From: the human T2T-CHM13v2.0 reference genome, Homo sapiens
Assembly (NCBI RefSeq): GCF_009914755.1
Contig: NC_060925.1
DNA length: 64,000 bases
Strand: one strand, 5' to 3'
Shown: one piece after another, positions 50,661-64,000 of the stretch
How positions within the stretch are numbered: position 1 is the stretch's first letter
Layout of the letters: each line of letters starts with the position of its first letter
The notes under the pieces: generated by a model
What the model saw: the letters and a program-made list of their open reading frames with translations, nothing else
Told to the model about the DNA's origin: nothing
The model's database searches: none
Made by a program: the position numbers and the translations under genes

Positions 50661-52292
50661 AAAAAGGCAATACTTTCAATTTAACTTTCTGAGGCTGGCA
50701 TAATCTTGCTACCAAAACCTGACAAGGACACTAAAGGAAAGGAATAGTATAAGCTAATTTTGCTAATGAATATTGATTTTAAATGCCTAAATGAAATATT
50801 AGCAAATGAAATTCAGTGTATATAAAAATCAGAGCACATCACAACCAAATTAAACTTATTCCAGGTATGCAAGGTTGTTATATAATTCAAAAACAAATTG
50901 CCATCGTCTGTTTTGTGTTCTATAAAGAAATACCTGAGGCTGGGTAATTTATCAAGAAAAGAGGTTTATTTGGCTCATAGTTCTCCAGGCTATACAAGAA
51001 GCATGGTACCTGCATTTGCTTCTGGTGAAGGCCTCAGGCTGTTTCCACCCATGGTGGAAGGTGAAGGGGAGTGGGCTTGTGCAGAGAGCACATGGTGAGA
51101 GAGGAAGCAAGAGAGAGTGGGGGAAGATGCCAGGCTCTTTTTAACAAACAGCTTTCATGGGAACTAATAGAATGAGAACTCACTCACCTCCACCCCATTA
51201 AGGGCATCAATATAGTCATGAGGGATCTGTCGCCATGACCCAAACACCACCCATTAGGCCCCCACTTCCAACATTGGAATAAAATTTCAACATGAGCTTT
51301 GTGGGAAACAAACATCCAAACTATAGCATTCTGTCCCTGGCCCCACCAAAACTCATGTTTTCCTGATATGCAAAATATAATTATTCTATCCCAATAGTTC
51401 CCCAAAGTCTTAACTTGTTGTCAACATCAACTCAAAAGTCCAAAGTCTCATCTCAGACTAAAGGAAAGTTCCTTACAGCTATGAGCCTGAAAAATCAAAA
51501 GCAAGTTATTTACTTCCAACATACAATTGTGGTACAGGCATTGGGTAAATATTCTTATTCCAAAAAGGAGAAATTGGCCAAAAGAAAGGGGTAACAGGCC
51601 CCATAAAAGTCTGAAACCCAGCAGGACACACATTAAACCTTAAAACTCCAAAATAATCTCCTTTGACTCCATGTTCCACATCCTGGGCACACTGGTGCAA
51701 GGGGAAAGCTCCCAAGGCCTAGGGCAGCCCTGCCACCATCACTTTATTGGGCACAGTCCACATGGCTGCTCTCATGGGTTGAAGCTTAAAATGCCTGCAG
51801 CCTTTCCAGGCTGAGGTTTCATGCTGCTGGTGGTTCTATGATTCTGGGGTCTCAGCAGCAGCCCTGCTCCCAAAGCTCCACTAGCATTGCCTTGGTGGGG
51901 ACTCTCTGTCATGGCTCCATCCCTGCAGCAGGTTTCTGCCTGGGCACCTAGGCATTCCAATACAACCTCTGAAATCTAGGTGGAAGCTACCAAGCCCCCA
52001 CGGCTCTTGTATTCTGGGTGCTTGCAGACTTACCACTACATGGATGCCACCAGGGCTTATGGCTTGCTTGCATCCTCTGGAGTGGCAGCCCAAGCAGTAC
52101 CTGGGGCCATTTGAACCAAGGCTGCTCCAGCTGGGAATATATACCCAATGCCTGTACCACCATTGTGGTATCCAGGGAGCTGGGATGCAGGGAGTAGCAG
52201 TCCAATGTGGTGCAGGGCAGAGGTGTCCCAGGCATGTCCTCCAAAACAATTCAGTCCTACTAGGCCTCTGGGCCTGTGATGGGATGTGCAGC

Positions 52293-54476
<2,184 letters not shown>

Positions 54477-55995
54477 ACAGCCTAGAGACTTCTGAAATGT
54501 TTTGGGTCCTTTTCCCCATTGTTTTGACTATTAGCACCTGGCTTCCTTTCATCCATGCTAATCTCTCTAGCAAATGTTTGCTCTGTAACACCCTTGGATC
54601 CCTCTCCTAAAAACTCTCTTTTATTTTCTACCATATGGTCAGGCCACAACTTTTCCAAATTTTTACACTCTGCTTCCCTTTTAATTATAAAGTCTACCTT
54701 TAGGTCATTCTTTTGTTGCCATATCTGACCATACATTGTTAAAAATAGCCACACCACTTCTTGAATGCTTTGCTGCTTAGAAATTTCTTCTGCCAGATAC
54801 CCTAGGTCATCATTCTTAAGTTCAGCCCTAAAGCATGGACACAATGCATCCAAGTTCTTTGCAATAGTGTGACAAGCATGACCTTTGCTCCAGTTACCAA
54901 TAAATTCCTCATTTCCATCTGAGACCTCATGACCTAGCTTTTACCATCTATATTTCTATCAGCATTTTGGTCCACTTAACCAATCTCTAAGAAGTTTCAA
55001 ACTTTTCCTCATCTTCTTGTCTTCTTCTGAGCCCTCCAAACGCTTCCAACCTCTGCCCATTACCCAATTCCAATGCTGCTTTTACACTTTCAGGTATCTT
55101 TAGAGCAACACCCCACTCTTCAGTACCAATTGCCTGTCTTCTTTGTTTTGCATTGCTATAAAGAAATATCTGAGGCTGGGTAGTTTTTAGAGAAAAAAGG
55201 TTTATTTGGCTCATGGTTCTACAGGCTATACAAAAAGCATCTGCTTCTGGTGAAGCATGGCACTAGCATCTGCTCAGGCTGCTTCCACTCATGGCAGAAG
55301 GTGAAGAGTAGCTGGTATATGCAGAGATCACATGGCAAAAGAGGAAGTAAGACAGAGAGGTTGTTTAAAAGAGGTGCCAGACTCTTCTAAACAACTAGCT
55401 CTCATGGGAACTAATACAGTGAAAATTCACCTACTCCCTCAAGGAGAGCATGAACCTATTCACGAGAGATCCACCCCCCATGACCAAAACACCTCTCATT
55501 AGGACCTACCTCCAATATTGGGATCAAATTTTGACATGAGGTTTGAGGTTACAAACATTCAAACTACAGCATAAATTAATATAGTTCAACACATTTATAA
55601 AATAAAGGATAAATGTCATTGAACCATCTCACTGCATGAAAAATAAGCATTTGATGAAACTCAAAACTAGTTCCTAATTAAGTAAAACAACACATTTCAC
55701 AAACTAAAACTAGACTTCATATGATAAAGAGCAGCTACAAAATATTTATGGTAAAAGTAACACTTAGGGTAAAGTGTTAAAAATTTTCTGCCTAAGCTAA
55801 GGAAAAAGAAAAAATTCTACTTCCGTTATTTCTATTTATCACCGTACTAGAGATCCTGGCCAGTGTAACGTCATCAAAAGAAATAAAAGATGCAAGAACT
55901 GGAAATGAAGGAAAAAACTGCCAACATTAAAGAAAATATAATTGTGTATGTAGAAAACACAACAGACTCTACAAACTATTAGAATTAATAAGTGA

Positions 55996-56141
55996 AAATG
56001 GATAAGTAAGGACTTCTTAAAACCTACTCTTCAAAAAAAAAAGCAACAAAAACACTGGCAAAGGAGACTGTAAAAATCAACTTCTTCAGAACTCAGAAAA
56101 TAATCAAAGGTTTGACGCAATCTGAAGAGCATTTGTTAAAA

Positions 56142-56172
<31 letters not shown>

Positions 56173-59100
56173 GCTAAATCTCAGTAAGAGCAGTATGGTT
56201 TGCAGTACTTTAACCTGCCTTATTTCCATACTTTTCTCCCCAACTCCATGGTAGCCTTAAAAACCAATCGACTTACAATCATGGTAACCATGAAACCAGC
56301 AGCCTAGCCGCCATTGAGGGGGTAGAATTAATTTGGTGCTCCCCAAAATCCCCATCCTCAGAAATATATCATTATCTGGCTTTTCTGGAAGTTCCCTGAA
56401 AGCCCCCACTCCTGGAGCTAGTCTTTACATGCACACATATGTTCATTGCAGCATCATTCACAATAGTAAAGACATGAAATCAACCCAAAATGCCCATCAA
56501 TGATAGACTGGATAAAGAAAATATGGTACATATACACAATGGAATACTATGCAGCCATAAAAAGGAATGAGATCATGCCCTTTGCAAGGACATGGATGGA
56601 GCTGGAAGCCATTATCCTCAGCAAACTAACACAGGAACGGAATACCAAACACCACATGTTCACACTGATAAGTGGGAACTGAGCAATGAGAACACATGGA
56701 CACAGGGAGGGGAACAATACACATCGGGGCTGGTCAGAGGATGCAGTGGGAGAGAGAACACTAGGATAAATAGTTAATACATGCGGGGCTTAATACCTAG
56801 GTGATGGGTTGATAGGTGCAGCAAACCACCATGGCACACGTTTACCTATATAGAAATGCAAATCAAAACCATGATGAGATACCATCTCATACCAGTCAGA
56901 ATGGCGATTATTAAAATGTCAAGAAACAACAGATACTGGTGAGGCTGTGGAGAAATAGGAAAGCTTTTACACTGTTGGTGGGAATGTCAATTAGTTCAAC
57001 CATTGTGGAAGACAACAAACCCGCACACCCTGCACATGTATCCTGGAACTTAAAATAAAATAATAAAATAAAATATGCCATTGTGATTTTGATGCAAACT
57101 CAATGGGAAATAATATCGAGTTTCCTCAAAAAAAGTTAAAAATCGGACACCATATAATCCAGCAATGTCCCTTCTGGGTAGATATCCAAAAGAATTGAGA
57201 TCACAATCTCAAAGAAATATTTGCATTCTCATGTTCATTGGAGCATTATTCACAACAACCAAGATATAAAATAACTTAAATGTCCCCAAACCAATGAATG
57301 GATAAAGAATATGTGTTATACATACAATGGAATATCTTTCAGCCTTAAAAAAGTAGAAGGTCATGCTATATGTGACAACATGGATGAACCTGGAGGACAC
57401 TATGCTTAGTGAAATAAGTCAGTCACATAAGCACATATACTGCATGATTCCACTTATATGAGGTATCTAAAATAGTTAAATTCATAAAAGCAGAGAACAT
57501 AATGGTGATTACAAGGGGCTGGAGGGGAGGGGAAATGGGGAGTGCAGCAGGGGAAAAGTTTTAGTTATGCAAAAAGAAGTTCTAGAGAGCTGCTGTAAAC
57601 ACTGTGCCTATAGTTAACAATACTTTATTGTACACTTAAAATTTCATTAAGAGGGTAAATCTCAAGCTAAATGTTCTTACTGCAAAAAAGAGGCAACTGT
57701 CAGAGGAAACTTTTGGAGGTGATGAATATGTTTATTATCTTGATGGTGATGATGGTTTTATGGGTGTGTGCATATGTTCAAACCTATAAAATTGTATACA
57801 TTAAATATGTGCAATTTGGAATAACAATTATATTCCAATAAGACCACTCAAAATATTTTAAAACAGAGTGTATTGTACAAGAAATAATTTGACAACCCTT
57901 TAGCTATACTCATCAAGAAAACGAAAAAAGAGAGAAACCTCAAATTACTAAAATCAGGAATGAAAGAGAGGACATTACAACTAACCTCACAGAAATAAAA
58001 AGATTATAAGGGAATGCTATGAAAAATTGAATGCCAACAAATTTTAAAACCTGGATGAAATGGATAAATTCCTAGAAAAACACAAACTACCAAACTGACT
58101 CAAGAAGAAATAAAAAATCTGAATAAACCTATAACATGTAAAGAAATTGAATTAGTAGTAATTCACACAAAGAAAACCCCAATGCCTTAACTAGTGAAAC
58201 ACACCAAACTTTTAAAGAAGAATTAATATTAATCTTTCACAAATTATTCCAAAAACTAAAAGGGAATGAAACACTTTCCAATCCATTCTATGAGGCCAGT
58301 ATTATACCCTGACACGAAAACCACATAAAAACATCACAAGGAAACTGCAGACCAACATGGCTTATAAATATAGACACAAAAATCCTCAACAAAACACTAA
58401 CAAACCAAATCCACAAAATATTACATAACAGGATTATACACAAGATCAAGTGGGATTTATTACAGGAATGATAGTTGGCCCAACATATAAAAATCAATCA
58501 ATGTCATGCACCATATTAATGGAATAAAGGATAAAAACCTCATGATCATCTCAATAGATGCAGAAAAAGCATTGACAAAACTCAACACCTTTTCATGATT
58601 AAAAAAACACTAAGCAAACTAAGAATAGAAGGGAACTTCCTCAACCTGAAAAAAGTTGACTACGAAAACCCACAACTAACATCATACTTAATAGCAAAAG
58701 ACTGTAAGTTATCCTCCTGAGATCAAAAACAAGACATAGGATATCCACTGTCACCACTTCTACTCAACATTTCACTGGAGATTCTAACTATGGCAATAGT
58801 CAATGGAAAGAAATTTTTTAAATTCACATTGGAAAAGACATAAAACTCTCTGTATTCATAGATGACGTTATTCTATACACAGAAAATTTTAAGGAAGCCA
58901 CTAAAAAGCAAATAGAGCTAAAAAACAAATTCAGCAAGGTTGCAGGACACAAGATCAATATAGTGAAATTAACTTTATTTCCACACATCAGCAACAAAAA
59001 AATCCAAAAAGGAAATTAAGAAAACAAATCTATTTATAATTACATCAGAATGAATAAAACAATTAGAAATAAATTCAGTAAAAGAAGTATAATATTTATA

Positions 59101-59910
59101 TGATAAAAGTTACAAAAGATCATTGAAAGAAATTAAAGATCTAAATAAATGGAATGGCATCCCATGTTACAGGATGGGAAGCTTTAATATTATTAAGATG
59201 GCAATATTTCCCAAATTGATCTACAGATTCAATGCAATCTCTACCAAATTCCAGTTGTCTTTTTTGAAGACATTGAAAACTGATCCTAAATTTATATGGA
59301 AATATAAGGGCTGCAGAATAACCAAAACAATCTTGAAAAAGAAAAGCAAGTTCAGAGGACTCACGCTTCTCAATTTCAAATGAGCCAAGACAGTGCAGTG
59401 CTGGTGTAAGAACAGATACAAAGATAAACAGGATAAAAATAAAGAAGGGAGGAGGGGAGAGGGGAATTGGGAGTGACTGCTAATGAGAACGGGTTTATTT
59501 TTGGAGAGTTGAACATCTCTGGAATTAGATAATGGTTGCATAACTTTGTGCATCCATTCACAAAGTTTTCTCCATTCAGCCCAAATTGGAAAAAAACAAA
59601 TATCAGTGGTTTAAAAAAAAAAACCACTGAATTGTACACTTATAAAGGGTAAATTTTATGGTATGTGAATTATGTCTCAGTTCAAAATGAATAAATGAGT
59701 TTAATAGGTACATAATTTCAGTTTTACAAGACAAAAAGAGTTCTGTGGATGAATGGTGGTGAAGATACAACAATGGGAATGTGCTTACTGCCACTAAACT
59801 GCACGCTTAAAGATAGTTAAGCTTAAAGTAGTTAAGATAGTATATTGCGTGTTATATGTATTTTACCACAATTAAAATAAAGTCATTAAATGACTGAATG
59901 ATAGAGAAAA
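55996..59910 (+). mobile_element. Stack of nested L1M pieces (5' region, L1MA9/10-like 3' end ~57080-57690, ORF2 57880-59400, L1MB/MC 3' ends) inside the host L1ME ORF2
   Basis: Host ORF2 AATAAGTGAA|TTTAGCAAGG is split between ~55996 and ~59918; several distinct L1 3' ends lie in between. Confidence 0.65.
56426..57073 (+). mobile_element. Older L1PA 3' fragment containing an out-of-order ORF2 segment
   Basis: ORF2 end plus 3'UTR, interrupted at 56852-57013; (TAAAA)n tail. Confidence 0.9.
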
Positions 59911-60005
59911 ATAGTGAATTTAGCAAGGCCAGTGCATACAAAATCAATATATTTTTTAAATTTTATTTATATATACCAGCAACAAGCCTTTAGAAAATAA
60001 AATGT

Positions 60006-60122
60006 TAAATGACGAGTTAATGGGTGCAGCACACCAACATGGCACATGTATATATATGTAACAAACCTGCACGTTGTGCACATGTACCCTAAAACTTAAA
60101 GTATAATTTAAAAAAAAAAAAA
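60006..60122 (+). mobile_element. Very short (~115 bp) L1PA3-5 3' end
   Basis: TAAATGACGAGTTAATGGGTGCAGCACACCAACATGG...CTTAAAGTATAAT followed by poly(A); degenerate TSD ending GTTAA. Confidence 0.92.
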
Positions 60123-62129
60123 GTTAAGAAAAATACTATTTACAATAGCATCACAAAACAAATCAACCTAGAATTCGATTCAAAATAGATGTGTAAGACC
60201 TCAACCCAAAAACTCAAAAATATTGTTGAAATATGTTAAAGACTGAATAAATAAATGGAGAAATATAATATATTCATGATTAGACAATATTGTTAAGATG
60301 TTCACTCTCCCTCTATAGATTCAAAATGATCCCAATAAAATCCCCAGATGGTTTTGATTTTTGTGGAAATTGACAGGCAGACTCTAAATTTTTATTGAAA
60401 TGCAAAGAGTCAAGGCAATTTTGAAGAGAAAGAAGAGCAGAGCTAAAGGATGTATGCTATCAGATAATGAAACTTATTATAAAGGTACAGGAAATAGGAC
60501 AGTGTGGCATTGGAAAATAAACATAGACAAATAGACCAAACATAAACTATCTATAAACAAATTCGTGCACATATGGATGCTAGATTTAAGACAAAGCTGC
60601 CAATACCACCCAATAGGGAGAAGAACGCCTTCTTAGAAAATGACATAGGACAAGATCTTTATGACCAAAAGATTGATAAATTGGACTATGCTAAAATGAA
60701 TAACTTTCTTTCTTCAAAACATGCCATTAAGGGAATGAGAAGCCATGGAGTGGGAGGTATTTACAAAAGAGAGCTGATAAAGAGCTCACAGTCATGTATA
60801 TTAAAAGTCCCTACAAATCAGTAAGAAAAAAGACAGACAATATAATAGAAAAATGGGCAAGAGACTTGAATAGGCACTTCACAAACAAGGATAATTTCAA
60901 ATGGCCCCCAAGAAACCTATGAAAAGATGTTCAACAGCTTTAGTCATCTAAGAAATGCAAAATAAACCCAAAATGAGTTACTACTACATGCTCATCAGTA
61001 TAGTTAAAATTAAAAGAACTGGTATTACCAAGTATTGGCAAAGATGTGAAAAAAAAAAACTAGAACTTTCTATGCCGCTGGTGAGTGGGGACAATTGTAC
61101 ATTCACCTTCAAAAATGGTTTAGCAGGATCTGGCAAAGTTGAACATATGCATATCATAGGCTCCAATAATCCCAAGTATAGTTCCAAGAGAAATGTGTGC
61201 ATATATGCACAAAAAGACATATATAAGAAATCTATAGCATCATCATTTGTTATCACCCCAAACTGGAAAAAAAAATGTCTGTTAATAGCAAAAGAAATAA
61301 ATAAACCATGGTGAAGTTCTACAATGGAATAATATACAGCAATGAAAAAGAGTAAACTACATGCAAGAGCATAAACAAATCTCACAGATGTAATGCTGAC
61401 CAAAAGAAATCAGACACAGAACACACAGTTTGGTTCCATTGATTCAATTTCAAAACTAGACAAAGATTTCTATGGTGTTAGAAAGCAGAATAGTAGCTGC
61501 CTTTGGGGTGAGGGTTTGGGACTGGCTGGAGACACAAGGAGCTGGGGGTCTGGAGTGGTCTTAACATTATGCTTTTTGACCTGGATGGTGTCCGAACAGA
61601 AGTTTTCATTTTGGAAGATGTCACTGCACTGTGAACTTATGACTTCTGCTCTTTCATGTGGTATGTTATACTTCAATTAAATAGCTTGAAAAATTAAAGT
61701 AGATATATTCGACTCTGATGGCATCTTCAAGCTAAGTCCATCCAAGTAGTGTGGCCCTGGTATCCACTGATGTGCATTCTGGGGTCTAGAGAAACCCACT
61801 GATCAGCTCCTCAAAACCCACTGAGATCCATGGGCTTTGGCTCCTCATCCCACGTCTGCAGCTGCTCAGTGTGCCCCACCGCTACCTGCAAAGACAGGTG
61901 AGGGGCTCCATATTGTAATCCTTCTACCCCTTTCCTCTTCTTGGACCCAAAGCACTCTGAATATATGGCCCCTTGCCTCTCAAATTCTGCCCCTTTAATC
62001 CTAAAACCACGCATGGTTTTCCCCTAAGCCATGTGAATCCAAAAGCCTGAGAAAGTGTCTCACCTCATGAATAAGGAAAGAAAATCACATAACTTCACCT
62101 CCAAAAAAAAAAAAAAAAAAGCATCCTAC

Positions 62130-62295
62130 ATTTGAATCCCATCTTGGCAACTTGCTAGCTTAAGTGGTAGCCTTGAGTAAATTATTCAACCTCTCTCAGG
62201 ATGAGGGTTAAAAATAGTATCTGCCTTTCAGATTTATTTCAGAGAAGAGAAAATACATGTAAATACTTAGCACAAAGATTTGTACTTTGCTCGTT
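62130..62295 (+). mobile_element. MIR fragment
   Basis: TTTGAATCCCA...CCTTGAGTAAATTATTCAACCTCTCT...ATGTAAATACTTAGCACA. Confidence 0.7.
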
Positions 62296-63566
62296 AATTT
62301 CATTTTTGGAAAAATCAAAAGCAGAAACAAAAAAGCACACCTTTTCTAAAGCCTGGCCTTATCTTGGCTTTTGGTGTTAACTCTTTATAGATAAGGTAGG
62401 GAAACCATGCTAGAGCATAAAGCCATGAAAACAGTGGGCAGAAAGGAAATGTAGGCACCACGTAGCCAATCTTCCAGACAAAGCGAGACCCTCTGCGAGT
62501 CCACCTCTGGGACCACCTACTTCCATCCTCCTTGTCACAGGAAGCTCACCCCTTCATAGTACAGCCCACCTAGCTTGATTAAGATGTATTAATTCATTCA
62601 AGGGCTACTTATAGACTGCGTGGTACATGCCAGGCACTGTGCCAGGTGTTGAAGATGCAAGGAACAAGATGGATGCCAGTCTTGCCCTTTTGGCACTAAG
62701 AGCCTAATGGGGTAATGAGCTCTAATTTTTAGGAAGTTCTCTATGTAACAGTGTGTTGAACAAGTAGGACTCATGGTCCAAAGCACCTGTCTTTTTGTCT
62801 TCCACTCTTCAGGTCCTCCTTTGACTTTTCTAGCCACTTTTGGGTGATACAAGTCCTCCAGTCAGTCATGAGGGTGTCCAATCTCAGGTAGCTGTCAACT
62901 CTCCCAAATCCATTCAACATTACAGCTCTTCACTGCCCCTCTGCTGAGCTCAGACCAGGCCCAGGTGGAAAACCCAACCAGGCTTCTTTCCCTCTTCCTC
63001 CCTCGCCCACTGGCTGGCTAATACTGATGCCCCCCACCTGAGACAGGAAAGTTCTTAGGTGCTGGGTACTGTTTTTTGCTGGCTTTGGGCTCCCTGGGTC
63101 TGGCAGGTGTTTAGAGTTGACCCTTCCTTTCCATGGGTGCTTCTGTGGTTTCTTTAGGGCTAGCCACTCACCCATCACTGAGTGATTCTCTTGGTACAAG
63201 CATCTTGCTGCATGTTTGCCCCTCCAGCCAACCTTCCCAGGGGAGGTGGAGGCTGGGGACCTGTTGTGACTCCACCCAAGGCCTTTTGTGCATATGGCCA
63301 GAAACTGGTCTATGCAAAACACTTCAGCATCCTCTGCCCTGACATTCTGGGGCTGTAGGATTCCCCCAACACACCCTCCTCTTTTTCCACTTACCCACTG
63401 GCAGCTGGCCAGCCTGACCTGCTTCAGATTTCTCAGATGGGAATCAGACCCCAGTTCACAGCCCTTCTCCCCTCTCAAACTGCAGATGCATAAGTTTCTC
63501 TTATAATGGAGAAGAAAGAAAATAGCATTTCTCTCTTGACTTATGGAAGACAAAGATTCATCCCTC

Positions 63567-63790
63567 CAGCAGCATCCTAAGGTTCAGGGGTGATGGGAGC
63601 ATTCTGCCCTGGGTACAGGCAGTGAGGAGGTGCAGTGTTGCAGAGAATTTTTAAATCATAGTGAAACCAGCTAAATGCTGGTCTAATTTTTATGATCAGC
63701 ATGCTCTGGCAATACTAAACAGTGTCTGCAACAAAGTACCTCCCCCTGCTGGGACAGACTCTTCCTGCCCCACCCTTTGGTACATCACTG
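63567..63790. mobile_element. Possible non-autonomous hAT element
   Basis: Degenerate TIRs CAGCAGCATCCTAAGG / CCTTTGGTACATCACTG; no clear TSD. Confidence 0.4.
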
Positions 63791-64000
63791 CCCCCACTCT
63801 CTCCCCTTTGTGTTGGGGTTGGGGGACTTTGGAGCACACTTATAGTTCTCTCCAAAAGTCCTCTCCACCAATGGTTACACAACCTGGCCTCTTACTACCC
63901 TTGAGGTGAGTGGTAGCATTTAAAGTCATTGAGCCAAAATTTTTATATCACCTTTGAAAATGAACATGTTGGACTGGCCGGTGCATGACTTTAACACATG

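Noticed and set aside
62930-63553. 207-aa minus-strand ORF in unique sequence
   Set aside because: Non-ATG start, no recognisable domain, and composition consistent with a chance ORF.

Overview
This is repeat-dense, apparently intergenic human DNA; a human-specific AluYb8/9 is present at 45.3 kb. I find no intact protein-coding gene, and almost all long ORFs in the track are L1, Alu or MaLR remnants. The window opens with the 3' end of a processed HNRNPF pseudogene. It then holds nine Alus, a full-length but dead L1PA5/6-like element (17.8-23.9 kb), several nested ancient L1M elements, ERVL/MaLR LTRs including an MST provirus, MIR/L2/hAT fragments, and a tailless U6 retrocopy. The strongest unexpected signal is a 528-bp perfect inverted identity (23269-23796 vs 52866-53393) between two L1s of different subfamilies about 29 kb apart. 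They share private mutations, which points to ectopic gene conversion and leaves a ready substrate for a ~29-kb inversion. Other atypical retrotransposition products are a likely short 3' transduction, an ORF2 piece inserted into an L1 3'UTR, and a 5'-truncated AluYb8. I see no support for a novel coding system. Subfamily calls come from remembered consensus diagnostics, not RepeatMasker, and boundaries of old repeats are approximate.
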